NCBI GenBank assembly: GCA_017394835.1
Contig: JAFPXD010000003.1
Coordinates: forward strand, 13,691 to 77,690
DNA from: Clostridia bacterium
Lineage (GTDB): Bacteria > Bacillota > Clostridia > Christensenellales > CAG-138
Length of the DNA: 64,000 nucleotides
Direction: 5' to 3'
This document shows positions 52,976 through 62,849 of this stretch, one piece after another. The notes under the pieces were generated by a model. The model ran no database searches and was not told the DNA's origin. It saw only the letters and a program-made list of their open reading frames with translations. Made by a program: the position numbers and the translations under genes. The stretch's first letter is position 1. The number at the start of each line of letters is the position of its first letter.

Positions 52976-55375
52976 TTAACAGATCGAATGCTGCAGCTCC
53001 GAGACCGTTCTGTAAATAACGCTCTCATCGAGCTTCTTCCGCTCGCTGCTCACTATCCTTACCGCGCTGCCGTTATCGTGCGCGATAAATCCGAGCTGGC
53101 GGAAAACTTTAAGCACAAACGCAGTCTGATGGATGGGGCGATTGAGCATTTCGGAAAGGGTGGCTGCAAGCTCCGTAACGGAATAGACCTTGCTCGGCAC
53201 GAGCTTTGCGATCGCCTTATAATAAGTTCCCATCTCGTCACGGCTTATCGAAAAGCCGCTGCAGATATCGGCAAGATCGTATTCCTTGCCGGTGCGGGTA
53301 AGCTCCGCATGCGGCACAGTCTCGCGCACGGCGGCATAGACGCCCCTGCAATAGGGCTCGTCTGCGAATATGATCTTATTATAGCCCTTTTCGGGAAGCT
53401 TATCAACACGCGGCGCGAGCAGAAGCACGTTGCCGGAAAATACGCCGTCCGGCACGGTGCCGAAACATACTTCGAAATTCTCGACCCCTGCGGAAGAAAG
53501 CTCCCTTAAAACGTTTTCTGCGCCGTCGGTAGTGAACGCAAGCACCATAAGGCCCGCAAAAGTGTTCCTTACCGTTTCCGCAACGGGTTCTTCCGTAACG
53601 GGGGGCAGCTCCGCTTCCCTGCCCTCGTTTTCCATATCGAATATGAAAGACATATAGAACGCGGGGCTGTTGCTCTTTATGAAGCGGGAGGCGCATCTGG
53701 GCAGATCCGGCCTTACCGAAATCACGCGCATCTGCAGGTTCTCCGTCCCGTTCCAGTTGTTTATGAAGGGTGAATAGAGGAGCGAAATGCTGTCCGCCCT
53801 CATTATATTGTCAAAGCTCCTGCCGCCGCAGAAATAGACGCTTTCGAAGCAGAAACGATTCTGCCTCAGATCCATGCGGAGGTGCTGCCCATCGCACCCG
53901 AAGCGCCTTATGTGGTAGGGGCTCACGTTCGAGATATGGAACACGGGCGGCGGATTGCCCTCACCGTAGGGGGCGAGCATTTCGAGCTGGCGCACGAGCT
54001 CCATGGTGATCTGGCTCAGATCCTCATCAAATTCGTAGCCCCGCCTCGGGATAAAGAGCTCCGGAGGGCAGTTTTCGGCAAAATAGGCTTCCAGAGCCTT
54101 GCAGAATTCGGGGAATCTTTCGCGCTCCATAGTCACGCCCGCGGCCTTTGCGTGCCCGCCGAAGCGGAAAAACATATCGGAATGGGCTTTGAGCGCGTCA
54201 TGGATGTTTATGCCCTCTATCGACCTTGCGGAGCCCTTCAGCGCGTTATCATGCAGCGAGAAGAGTATGGTCGGCCGATGGTACATTTCGGTCAGTCTCG
54301 AAGCCGCTATTCCGATGACGCCCGAATTCCATTTTTCGGAAGCAAGGAGTATAACGTGCTTGTCCGACGCGTCAAGATCCTCCACCATGCGGATCGCTTC
54401 ATCGAGTATGCTCTGCTCCTCCGCCTGGCGCTTTTCATTGAGGCGCGTGAGCTCGGCTATTATGCCGGCCGCCTCCTGCTCATCCTCGGTCATGAACAGC
54501 TCGACGCCGAGGGAAGCATCCCCTATTCGGCCGGAGGCATTGAGCCTTGGCGCGACGCCGAACCCGATATTATAGACGGTATAAGGCTTTTTGGCGGAAA
54601 GGCTTTCGAGCAGCATACGCATGCCGATACAGCATTTGCCGCTGTTGAGCGCATCGAGAGCATACTTTACGAGCAGACGGTTTTCATCGAGAAGGGGCAC
54701 GACGTCCGCAACGGTCGCAACTCCGGCAAGGAATATGTAATCCTCCGCCGCTTCGACCCCGCCGAGCGCCTGTATGAGCTTCAGCGCGACGCCGGCTCCG
54801 CAGAGGTAGCGGGGATATTCGCTCCCTTCAAGGGAGTGACAGATGACGGCCGTGCATTCGGGTATGGTCTCCGGCGGAATGTGGTGATCGGTCACTATAA
54901 CGTCTATCCCGAGTTCCGAAGCGTAAGCTATTTCGGAAGCGGCGGAGATACCGTTATCGACGGTGATTATGAGCGAAACGCCCGCGCCGTGAAGCGCGTC
55001 GATCGCCCTGCGGCTTATGCCGTAACCTTCGTCATGCCTTGAAGGGATGCGGTAGGAGACCTCTCCGCCAATGCTCAGAAGATAATGCAGAAGCATTGTG
55101 GTGGCGCAGATGCCGTCAACGTCATAATCGCCGTAAACGCAGATGCTCTCCCCCGCGACGAGCGCCTCTTCTATCCTATCGACGGCGGCCTTCATTCCCG
55201 GCAGGCCGAAAGGATCGCGAAGCATCGAAAGATCGGGATACATGAAGCGCGTGCGCTCCTCTTCGGTGTTGATGCCCCTCGCCCTGAGCGCACGCATAAC
55301 GATGGGAAGGAACGCATCGCAGCGATCCGCTTCCGTTTCCGGCGTGTAGTATTTTGAAGGCGAGTAGATGATCAT
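52976..55375 (-). CDS. recJ: Single-stranded-DNA-specific exonuclease RecJ
   Basis: It has the DHH motifs [14 protein letters not shown] and VTDHH, followed by a DHHA1 region and a long C-terminal domain. Confidence 0.93.
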   Translation of the reverse strand: MIIYSPSKYYTPETEADRCDAFLPIVMRALRARGINTEEERTRFMYPDLSMLRDPFGLPGMKAAVDRIEEALVAGESICVYGDYDVDGICATTMLLHYLLSIGGEVSYRIPSRHDEGYGISRRAIDALHGAGVSLIITVDNGISAASEIAYASELGIDVIVTDHHIPPETIPECTAVICHSLEGSEYPRYLCGAGVALKLIQALGGVEAAEDYIFLAGVATVADVVPLLDENRLLVKYALDALNSGKCCIGMRMLLESLSAKKPYTVYNIGFGVAPRLNASGRIGDASLGVELFMTEDEQEAAGIIAELTRLNEKRQAEEQSILDEAIRMVEDLDASDKHVILLASEKWNSGVIGIAASRLTEMYHRPTILFSLHDNALKGSARSIEGINIHDALKAHSDMFFRFGGHAKAAGVTMERERFPEFCKALEAYFAENCPPELFIPRRGYEFDEDLSQITMELVRQLEMLAPYGEGNPPPVFHISNVSPYHIRRFGCDGQHLRMDLRQNRFCFESVYFCGGRSFDNIMRADSISLLYSPFINNWNGTENLQMRVISVRPDLPRCASRFIKSNSPAFYMSFIFDMENEGREAELPPVTEEPVAETVRNTFAGLMVLAFTTDGAENVLRELSSAGVENFEVCFGTVPDGVFSGNVLLLAPRVDKLPEKGYNKIIFADEPYCRGVYAAVRETVPHAELTRTGKEYDLADICSGFSISRDEMGTYYKAIAKLVPSKVYSVTELAATLSEMLNRPIHQTAFVLKVFRQLGFIAHDNGSAVRIVSSERKKLDESVIYRTVSELQHSIC

Positions 55376-55419
55376 ACCGATCCCTCCTTTCCGACCGTGA
55401 TAGGAGCCCGTTTCACGGG

Positions 55420-56775
55420 TTATTCGGCGCCGGCCTTATCGGCTGTCGCCATTCCGATGGCTATTTCCGTGCGTTTTTTCAAAAGCTTGCAGCTTATTTC
55501 GGGGGGCTCCGTGATGGAGCCGTTCAGCTTGTGCGCGTTGGCCGCACAGCCGCCGCTGCAGTAATACTTCGCCCAGCAGTGCGAGCACTTTTCTTTGGTG
55601 AAGATATTGCAGGAAGCGAACCTGTCCCTGATCTCGTCATTCAAAGGGACATTGCCTTCTTCATCGGTTCGAAGCACGTTCCCGAGCAGGAAATCGTTAT
55701 CGCCCACAAACTGATGGCAGGGGTAAATATCTCCGTTCGGCGCGACGGCAACGTATTCGACGCCCGCGCCGCAGCCCAGTGCCCTCTTGGCAAGGCACGG
55801 AGAGCTGTTCAGATCCACGTAGAAGTGGAAGAAGTTGAAGGGCCTGCCCTCTTCCCTGCATTCTATAACGTAATCCGCAAGGCGGTCGTATTCTTCGATC
55901 GCACGATCGACGTTGGTATCGTTGATCGCGTGGGGCTCGTCCGGCTTCAAAACAACGGGCTCGACGGAGATCTGCTCGAACCCGAGATCGTGCAGAGCCT
56001 TTACGTCCTCCGTAAAATCGAGGTTTTCCGCGGTGAAGGTGCCCCTGATGTAATGCTCTCCCTCTCCCCTTTCGGAAACGAGCTTTTGGGCCTTGGGTAC
56101 GATCATATCGTAGGAGCCCTTTTTATTGGGGGTGACGCGAAGCGCATCGTGCACCTCGCGCCTGCCGTCGATCGAAAGAACGACGTTGAACATTTCGCGG
56201 TTGATGAAATCGATCTTTTCATCATCAAGCGCGACGCCGTTGGTGGTGATCGTAAAATTGATGTGCTTGTTGTGAGCCTTCTCCAGCTCGCGCCCGTAGG
56301 CGACGATCCTCTTAACAACTTCCCAATTCATAAGGGGCTCGCCGCCGAAGAGATCCACCTCGAGATGATACCTGCCGCCCGACCTTTTGATAAGCATATC
56401 GAGAGCGGCTTTGGCCGTTTCGAATGGCATGAGCATCCTTCCGCCGTGGAATTCGCCCGTTTCGGCAAAGCAGTACGCGCACCTGAGATTGCAGTCATGC
56501 GCTACGTTCAGGCACATTGATTTTATAGGCGAATAAGCCCCCAGCGCGCGGGGCGCTTCGGGAGCGGGGGTATCAAACAGTCCTTCTTTGCGAAGCTCGT
56601 CTATCTCCTCCATTATCTCATCGATCAATGAACGAGAATAGGGCAATGCATCAACGGCATTGCCCTGCTCGAGTGTGCTGATCACATCAAATGTGGGTTT
56701 GTCCACCTCATGAACGGCTCCGCTCTCAACATCCAGCACAAGGTATGTGCCGCGATATTCAAATGCGTGGATCAT
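55420..56775 (-). CDS. scfB: Radical SAM/SPASM thioether-forming SCIFF peptide maturase
   Basis: It has the CNLRCAYCF cluster motif and a C-terminal Cys-rich SPASM region (…CLAKRALGCGAG…CHQF…CSHCWAKYYCSGGC…). It starts 5 nt after the SCIFF precursor stop. Confidence 0.9.
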   Translation of the reverse strand: MIHAFEYRGTYLVLDVESGAVHEVDKPTFDVISTLEQGNAVDALPYSRSLIDEIMEEIDELRKEGLFDTPAPEAPRALGAYSPIKSMCLNVAHDCNLRCAYCFAETGEFHGGRMLMPFETAKAALDMLIKRSGGRYHLEVDLFGGEPLMNWEVVKRIVAYGRELEKAHNKHINFTITTNGVALDDEKIDFINREMFNVVLSIDGRREVHDALRVTPNKKGSYDMIVPKAQKLVSERGEGEHYIRGTFTAENLDFTEDVKALHDLGFEQISVEPVVLKPDEPHAINDTNVDRAIEEYDRLADYVIECREEGRPFNFFHFYVDLNSSPCLAKRALGCGAGVEYVAVAPNGDIYPCHQFVGDNDFLLGNVLRTDEEGNVPLNDEIRDRFASCNIFTKEKCSHCWAKYYCSGGCAANAHKLNGSITEPPEISCKLLKKRTEIAIGMATADKAGAE

Positions 56776-56780
56776 CAGGA

Positions 56781-56924
56781 TTATTTAGCCGTCTTGACGC
56801 ACTTCTGATTTGCAACGGTGCAGGAGGTCTTGCAGGCGGACTGACAGGAGGCCTGGCACTCACCGCAAGCGGTGTTCTCACCGGACCTGATGCAGGGCTT
56901 CTGGATGTTCTTAATGTGCTTCAT
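56781..56924 (-). CDS. scfA: SCIFF (six-Cys-in-forty-five) ranthipeptide precursor, 47 aa
   Basis: The sequence is MKHIKNIQKPCIRSGENTACGECQASCQSACKTSCTVANQKCVKTAK. GGAGGA lies 6 nt upstream of ATG 56924. The ORF-track entry (to 56996) over-extends the N-terminus. Confidence 0.9.
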   Translation of the reverse strand: MKHIKNIQKPCIRSGENTACGECQASCQSACKTSCTVANQKCVKTAK

Positions 56925-57044
56925 TTTATATCCTCCATGGAACATATTTATCCTTCTATCGGATGATGTATAATTATACACCGAATCGTTTCCCAATTCA
57001 AGACCTTTTTTAATATATGGAGGAAACGGTCAAATGCGCGCGAA

Positions 57045-57437
57045 CTATTGCCTCAAATTGTGCACGATCCCCACCGCGGCGCCTACCGCAGCGCATACGG
57101 CGGCGTCCGCAAGGGCGGAAGGCTTTATCGAAAAACCCCCGGAAAGCAATGAAAAAACAACGGTCGTGACCGCCATATAGACGAGCCCCGCCGCAGCTCC
57201 CCTCAATACCGCTCGTGAAGCGGCTCCGCGGACGGCTGCAAACGCCGCTATGCCCGCGCAGACCGCCTTGATCCCCGCGTTTATGAATGGGAGCGCCTCC
57301 ATCCCAAGCCATTGTTTCATGAGTACGAATGAGAATGCGAGCGCCAGCGCGACGCTTGCCGCGCACCCCGCAAGTCCGCCTATAACCGTTTTAAGCACGG
57401 GGCTCCCCCCGCTTTTTCTTTCCTTCCTGTCCGTCAT
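57045..57437 (-). CDS. Small Gly/Ala-rich polytopic membrane protein (TIGR04086/YrzE-like)
   Basis: The 130-aa protein has four Gly/Ala-rich TM segments. Its position between yajC and scfA is recurrent in Clostridia. The family assignment is by recollection, not by search. Confidence 0.6.
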   Translation of the reverse strand: MTDRKERKSGGSPVLKTVIGGLAGCAASVALALAFSFVLMKQWLGMEALPFINAGIKAVCAGIAAFAAVRGAASRAVLRGAAAGLVYMAVTTVVFSLLSGGFSIKPSALADAAVCAAVGAAVGIVHNLRQ

Positions 57438-57490
57438 AGCGACCTCCTTTTTTGTTAAGCGTATTCTTCGGGAGGCGCCGATATGAGCGG

Positions 57491-57527
57491 AAACGAAAAA
57501 GGCTCCGCTTTCGTTTGCGGAGCCTTT
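57491..57527 (-). terminator. Rho-independent terminator downstream of yajC
   Basis: On the minus strand, the hairpin AAAGGCTCCGC-AAACGAAA-GCGGAGCCTTT is followed by TTCGTTTC. Confidence 0.75.
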
Positions 57528-57547
57528 ACGAATCAGATCTTATGGGA

Positions 57548-57940
57548 TCACTTGACGTCCTTAACGTCGCCGTCGATAGTGGCCTCAACGGGAGCATCCT
57601 CGATGGTGGCAATGGCGCCCCTTGCGAATACGAGGCGGACCTTATCGGGGCCGACGCTGATGGTGATAACGTCATCCTTAATGCTGGTGACGGTGCCGTA
57701 GATGCCGCCAATGGTGCGCACCCTGTCGCCGGGCTTGATCGCCGCAAGCATTTCCTTTACCTGCTTTTCACGCTTGCGCTGAGGAATGCTCATAACAAAG
57801 AACAATACGAGCATGAGACCCAGCATTATGAGGAGCATCCAGGTGCCGCCCAAACCGCCGGCCGAGGTGCCATCGCCGGACTGAGCGCCGCCGCAGGAAA
57901 CGAGGGAAGCCAAATTAACGGGATTCAAAAAAGAAAGCAT
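57548..57940 (-). CDS. yajC: Preprotein translocase subunit YajC (with extended N- and C-termini)
   Basis: It has a TM helix followed by IPQRKREKQVKEMLAAIKPGDRVRTIGGIYGTVTSIKDD…, the canonical YajC core. Confidence 0.9.
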   Translation of the reverse strand: MLSFLNPVNLASLVSCGGAQSGDGTSAGGLGGTWMLLIMLGLMLVLFFVMSIPQRKREKQVKEMLAAIKPGDRVRTIGGIYGTVTSIKDDVITISVGPDKVRLVFARGAIATIEDAPVEATIDGDVKDVK

Positions 57941-58034
57941 ACGATTCTACCTTTCATATTTCGGCAAAGCCGAATTTTTACTAAATAATCTTATACCATT
58001 TCGCGCATAAAGTCAAGCGAAAAAACAGTATCGC

Positions 58035-58069
58035 GAAAAATGACCCCGCAAGGCGCGCCTCGCGGGGTC
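58035..58069 (-). terminator. Rho-independent terminator of fbp
   Basis: On the minus strand, the hairpin GACCCCGCGAGGCGCGCCTTGCGGGGTC is followed by ATTTTTCG. Confidence 0.75.
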
Positions 58070-58080
58070 ATATCGTACTT

Positions 58081-60102
58081 TTAATAGGCGGTGGAGATCT
58101 TCACGAGCTTGGATCTGTAGTTCTCCTTTATAAAGCCGTATTCAAAGGCCTGAACGAGCATTTCGAGGGAGTGGATCTCATCCTCTATCACGCGGCCCTT
58201 GTCTGTATCGCGGATGGTCATCTGGCCCTTGGTGGCGAGGATATCCTGGACCTCGATCGTCGCCTTGATATCCGCGTTCTCCTCGATGGCCTTCTGGAGG
58301 CTCACGAAGGGCTCGTGCGCGACTATGTAAAGTCCCCTCGAATCGTAGGTCAGGGTGTAGCCGGCGATGCCCGTCGTCTTCTGATAGTATTTGGAGAAGC
58401 CGCCGTCGATGACTATCAATTTGCCGTTGGCCTTTATGGGGTTCTCGCCGTTGATCTTCTCAACGGGGATATGACCGTTAACTATAACGGAGTTTTCGGT
58501 ATCCTCTATGCCGAACTCGTGCATTATGGCGATCGCCATATCCTCCGTATCCTGATAGGAGTAATAGGCGTTGCGCTTTTCCTTGTGGGTCTTGGAATCG
58601 TCTATTTCGACGCGCTCGAAGGTCGTCATCTTGTTCTTGCCGAAGAAGGGGGAATCGGGTCCGCACCAGAGATACCACATGAGATCGAGCTCTTCGGGAG
58701 TCCTTTCTCCGGGATCCTTATGATAGATGCGCTTGACTTCGGAATCGAGGTAATCGAAGAGCTCCTTGCCGTGCCTTGCGACTCCGCCCAATTCGACGTC
58801 CTTGAAGGAGCCGTCTTCATTCATGGGAACGAGCGCATGGTAAAGCAGATTGTTGTTTACGATAAGGTACATTGAGCCGCGCTCTATGAAGAAGCGCATA
58901 TGCTTCTGCAGGCGGGGGCTCTTTAAGAAGCTCTGCTGGAGCTCGTCGATTATCGCCTGCTCCTCGTCTGTAAGCTTGTAGGGATCCTTCATGTCGATGG
59001 TGGGGAAATCCGCATCCTTTATGGGATGGGAAACGCCCTCTATCGTGATGGTGGAATGCTCCTTGTTGATGCCCTCGAGCAGGAGCCTGTGGTTCAGGCC
59101 GAAGTTCGGGTTGCGCTTTATCATCTGGCCTTCGAGCTTATGCATTATGACGAATATCGCCTTATGCAGCTTGGCTCTGATGTTGACTTCGGGATTATCG
59201 TAGTAAGCGTCAACGCCGGTCTTCCTCGGACGGAAAACGAGCGCGGATTTATAGGTCTCCTGCGCGAACATGAGCAGGTGACGGAGGTTTATGCCGTAAA
59301 CATCCTCAATGAGCTCAAGATTGCCGTGGCGGAAGCTGTTCGTGAGCACGCCGGATATGCAGGTCTTGTCGCCCATGGCGGCGCCCATCCAAAGGATATC
59401 GTGGTTGCCCCACTGGATATCGACGGAGGGATGATCGAGCAGCAGATCGAGTATGCGATGGGGCTCGGGTCCGCGGTCGTAAATATCGCCGACGATGTGC
59501 ATGCGCTCAACGGCGAGCTTCTTGATCGTATCCGTCAGCGCAACGATCACGTTTTCGGCGTAATCGTAACGGATTATGGAATCGAATATCTCATCATAAT
59601 AGGCGTCCAGATCGTGGAAATTGATGCGGGCTGTGAGAAGCTCTTCGATAATGTAGGCGAAGCGGGGGTCGATATTCTTTCTCACGCGGGAACGGGTGTA
59701 TTTACTTGAAACCTTGCGGCCGAGCTGGATCAGAAGCCTAAGCGTGCGCTTATACCAGGCGTCCTTATCCTCGACGTTCTTGAGCTCCAGCGCGATCTTG
59801 CGGCGGGGGTAATAGACTATGGTAGCCAAGGTCTCCATCTCTTCGAATGAAAGCTCATCCTTGAAGAGCCTGGAGATCTCATTGCGGATAACGCCCGAGC
59901 AGTTATTGAGGATATGCTCGAACGCGTCGCCCTGACCGTGCAGGTCGCTCATAAAATGTTCAGTTGATTTGGGAAGTGCGAGAATGGAGCTCAAATTGAC
60001 GATCTCCGTCATGGCGTCCTCCTGTGTGGGGAAGGACTTGGCAAGCTGTTTCAGAAAGCGGAGATTATCCTTTATCTCCTGCTCGTTGACAAGTGTCTTC
60101 AT
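58081..60102 (-). CDS. fbp: Fructose-1,6-bisphosphatase, class 3
   Basis: The N-terminal segment …EIVNLSSILALPKSTEHFMSDLHGQGDAFEHILNNCSG…, the metallophosphoesterase motifs (GDIYDRGP, GNHD) and the 673 aa length fit class-3 FBPase. Confidence 0.93.
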   Translation of the reverse strand: MKTLVNEQEIKDNLRFLKQLAKSFPTQEDAMTEIVNLSSILALPKSTEHFMSDLHGQGDAFEHILNNCSGVIRNEISRLFKDELSFEEMETLATIVYYPRRKIALELKNVEDKDAWYKRTLRLLIQLGRKVSSKYTRSRVRKNIDPRFAYIIEELLTARINFHDLDAYYDEIFDSIIRYDYAENVIVALTDTIKKLAVERMHIVGDIYDRGPEPHRILDLLLDHPSVDIQWGNHDILWMGAAMGDKTCISGVLTNSFRHGNLELIEDVYGINLRHLLMFAQETYKSALVFRPRKTGVDAYYDNPEVNIRAKLHKAIFVIMHKLEGQMIKRNPNFGLNHRLLLEGINKEHSTITIEGVSHPIKDADFPTIDMKDPYKLTDEEQAIIDELQQSFLKSPRLQKHMRFFIERGSMYLIVNNNLLYHALVPMNEDGSFKDVELGGVARHGKELFDYLDSEVKRIYHKDPGERTPEELDLMWYLWCGPDSPFFGKNKMTTFERVEIDDSKTHKEKRNAYYSYQDTEDMAIAIMHEFGIEDTENSVIVNGHIPVEKINGENPIKANGKLIVIDGGFSKYYQKTTGIAGYTLTYDSRGLYIVAHEPFVSLQKAIEENADIKATIEVQDILATKGQMTIRDTDKGRVIEDEIHSLEMLVQAFEYGFIKENYRSKLVKISTAY

Positions 60103-60186
60103 AACAAAGATTTCCTCCCTGAAGCGGTGATGTAAATATTATAACACCCGGCGGTGTGTTTGTATAGACGTAATTATCGGATCCGA

Positions 60187-61158
60187 TCAATCATAAAGCG
60201 CGGCGGCGGAAACGAGCCTCTCCCTCACCCTTTCGCGCACCTCGGGCGGATCCGTGACTTCGATCTTGCTGCCGAACTGGCAGATCCAGTTTACGGTGCC
60301 GTCGCTGTCGGCCGCCTCGATCCTTGCTATGAAATGCTCCTCCCCATCCTTTCTGACGGGGATCTCCTCACCGAAACGGTCGAAAAGCTCATTGAGCAGA
60401 GCCATATCGCAGCGCAGGGTGATCCTTTTCACCTCGCCGCCGAACATATTGAGGCATTTTGAGGCGTAATCGACCGCGTCGAACTCATCGCCGTAATCCG
60501 ATACCTCGGAAACCGGGCGAACGGGGGCGTCCTCTATGCGAACGTCGCGTATCCTGTCAAGGCGGAAATTGATAATATCCTCCTTGCCGTCCATATTGGC
60601 GATGAGATAGTACCTGTCCTGTACCCAGACCATTGCGTAGGGACTGACGTTATAGCGCTTGCCGCGGCGCTGGACGACGTCCCTGCGCATGATGCTGCGC
60701 TTGTAATAAAGGAACGAGATCTTCTTTTTGGCCGCGATGCCGCAGTTTATCATTTCGATCGTGCGATAGACCTCTTCATTGCCGAATTTGACTCCGCTTA
60801 TGTTGGAGGCGTTCTTTATTCCTTCCTGCTGATAGACGCTCAAAAAGCCCGTGAGCTTTTCCATAAGCTGATCGGTCTTGCTGCGGGTCACAAAGGGCGC
60901 CGCCTGCACGGCGGATATGAGAAGCATCACCTCCGCAAGCGTGAACCGCCTGCGGCGCAGGTAAAAGCCCTTGGAGGTCGTTACTATATCGAAGCCGTAA
61001 TCCGTAAGCGCTTCAATATCGCGATAGACGGAACGGCGGTCGGTCTCATGCCCGCGGCGGTTCAATTCCGCGAGCAGAGACTTGCTGTTCATAATATGTT
61101 CTTCATCCGTAAGCTCATGCAGAATATCGAGCAGTACGAGCATCCTGACCTTCATCAT
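60187..61158 (-). CDS. HTH + WYL-domain transcriptional regulator
   Basis: It has an N-terminal wHTH (MLVLLDILHELTDEEHIMNSKSLLAELNRRGHETDRRSVYRDIEAL), a central WYL-like block (YNVSPYAMVWVQDRYYLIA…FRLDRIRDV) and a C-terminal WCX-like extension. ATG 61158 overlaps the TGA of the upstream NlpC/P60 gene (ATGA). Confidence 0.8.
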   Translation of the reverse strand: MMKVRMLVLLDILHELTDEEHIMNSKSLLAELNRRGHETDRRSVYRDIEALTDYGFDIVTTSKGFYLRRRRFTLAEVMLLISAVQAAPFVTRSKTDQLMEKLTGFLSVYQQEGIKNASNISGVKFGNEEVYRTIEMINCGIAAKKKISFLYYKRSIMRRDVVQRRGKRYNVSPYAMVWVQDRYYLIANMDGKEDIINFRLDRIRDVRIEDAPVRPVSEVSDYGDEFDAVDYASKCLNMFGGEVKRITLRCDMALLNELFDRFGEEIPVRKDGEEHFIARIEAADSDGTVNWICQFGSKIEVTDPPEVRERVRERLVSAAALYD

Positions 61159-62849
61159 GATCCGAACACCCTCCTGCCCCATGCAAACCGGTTCTGGGAC
61201 CAGCTTCCGAAATCGGCGATCTCAACCTCGCCATGGGAGCTTGAAGCATGGATGTACGTGCCGTTGCCGAGATAAACGCCCACGTGATAGATCCTCGTAT
61301 GGTTCTCATCCCAATAGAATATGAGGTCTCCCCTGCGGAGCGCGGTGTAGGGAGTGATCTTGGGCCACTGAGTGCAGTTGGAATAACCAGCGGCGGTATA
61401 TCTGGGGATGCTGACTCCCGCCATGTTCAGGCAGTAATACACGAGGCCGGAGCAGTCGAAGCCGTTGGGGCCTACGCCCGCGTTAACGTAAGGCTTGCCG
61501 AGCTGAGCCATAAGTATGCTTATGAAGGTCTCAACGTCGGAACTGGGTACCGGCGTGGGAGTCGCCGTGGGCTTCGGCGTGGGAGTCGCCGTGGGCTTCG
61601 GCGTGGGGGTCGGAGTCGGCTTCGGAGTGGGAGTCGGAGTCGGCTTCGGAGTGGGAGTCGGAGTCGGCTTCGGCGTGGGAGTCGGGGTCGGCTTCGGCGT
61701 GGGAGTCGGAGTCGGCCTCGGCGTGGGGGTCGGAGTCGGCCTCGGAGTGGGAGTCGGCTTCGGCGTGGGAGTCGCCGTGGGCTTCGGCGTGGGGGTCACA
61801 CGCGGCGTGGGCGTCGGGCGCTGAGTGGGCGTCGGACGCGGTGTATTGGTGGGGCGCGGGGTATTTGTGGGACGCGGAGTAGGCGTCACGCGCGGGGTGG
61901 CCGTGGGACGCGGTGTGGGAGTATAGGTGGGACGCGGCGAGGGAGTGAACGTGGGCCGCGGGGTGGGCGTATAGTTGGGGCGCGGCGAAGGAGTAAATGT
62001 GGGCCGCGGAGTGGGCGTATTGGTCACGCGGACTTCAGCGGTGGGGGTCGGCGTGGGAGTGGGAGTCGCCGTGGGAACGGGAGTGGGCGTCTCGGTGGGA
62101 ATGGGCGTGGGCTCGAGCGTGGGAACGGGAGTGGGCTTGGGCTCTTCAGTCGGGAAGAAGGGCATGGGATCGACCTCAATGGGCTTGCCCGAAGGATCGA
62201 GCGCATCGGGCGAGAACAGGAGCTCACGGGTGTTTATATCTGCCTTGCCGTCTTCCGGGAGCATATTCACAAGCTGGAACTCTTCGAGCGCCTTTTCTGT
62301 AGCCGCGCCGAAATAGCCGTTTTGCTTATCCGAATAATAGCCGAGGTAGTGGAGCCTTTCCTGAAGCTGCTCCACGTCCTGGCCGGAATTGCCGTATTCG
62401 AGCACGTATTCCTTTGCGGCGGGCGAATACATGAGCTCAAGCAGCTCCTCGTCAACTATGCCCGTCTGAGTCAGATAATGGGTGCGCTGAAAGAGCTTTA
62501 CCGCTTCCGCAACGGACGCGTAATACACATTGCCGGGCTCATCGGAAGACATATAGTAAAGCTGCATGAGCCTCGTTTCGATCCTTATGACCTCATCGTT
62601 CTTATCCCCCGCGTTGATCGTGACGCCCTCCGGCAGTATCCTGCCGCCGGAGTAGGATTCGGTCGCCTCGGCGCCATCAGTTTCGGCGGGCGCGGGGGAA
62701 GCCGCCGCCTCCTTACCACCCTCCGCCAAACCGTTTTTGAATACAGAGGGCAACACAAAAAGCGCGACGAGTATTGCCGCGACAAGCGTTATCACAGGTA
62801 CTCGCAGCCAGCGAAGCGCGGCCGCAGTTGCTCCGTTTCTTCGGGACAT
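61155..62849 (-). CDS. Membrane-anchored NlpC/P60 peptidoglycan endopeptidase with two PG_binding_1-like repeats and a ~190-aa Pro/Thr linker
   Basis: It has an N-terminal TM anchor, two …LQERLHYLGYY…GYFGAATEKALEEFQ…-type PG-binding modules, a long (TPTPKP)n/(TPRPT)n linker, and a C-terminal catalytic core GFDCSGLVYY…GDLIFY…HVGVYLG…IHAS. Confidence 0.88.
   Translation of the reverse strand: MSRRNGATAAALRWLRVPVITLVAAILVALFVLPSVFKNGLAEGGKEAAASPAPAETDGAEATESYSGGRILPEGVTINAGDKNDEVIRIETRLMQLYYMSSDEPGNVYYASVAEAVKLFQRTHYLTQTGIVDEELLELMYSPAAKEYVLEYGNSGQDVEQLQERLHYLGYYSDKQNGYFGAATEKALEEFQLVNMLPEDGKADINTRELLFSPDALDPSGKPIEVDPMPFFPTEEPKPTPVPTLEPTPIPTETPTPVPTATPTPTPTPTAEVRVTNTPTPRPTFTPSPRPNYTPTPRPTFTPSPRPTYTPTPRPTATPRVTPTPRPTNTPRPTNTPRPTPTQRPTPTPRVTPTPKPTATPTPKPTPTPRPTPTPTPRPTPTPTPKPTPTPTPKPTPTPTPKPTPTPTPKPTPTPTPKPTATPTPKPTATPTPVPSSDVETFISILMAQLGKPYVNAGVGPNGFDCSGLVYYCLNMAGVSIPRYTAAGYSNCTQWPKITPYTALRRGDLIFYWDENHTRIYHVGVYLGNGTYIHASSSHGEVEIADFGSWSQNRFAWGRRVFGS
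61555..61788. repeat. Tandem 24-bp coding repeat array (9 full units + one 18-bp unit) inside the NlpC/P60 linker
   Basis: The units GTGGGAGTCGGAGTCGGCTTCGGC and close variants run head to tail from 61555. On the coding strand they give TPKPTPTP octapeptide repeats. More degenerate TPRPT units continue to about 62060. Confidence 0.9.

Noticed and set aside
61545-62150. The regular short repeats (also at 40771-40962) considered as a CRISPR-like or minisatellite non-coding array.
   Set aside because: The repeats are contiguous with no unique spacers. They are in frame inside long ORFs and translate to Pro/Thr linker peptides between recognisable domains.
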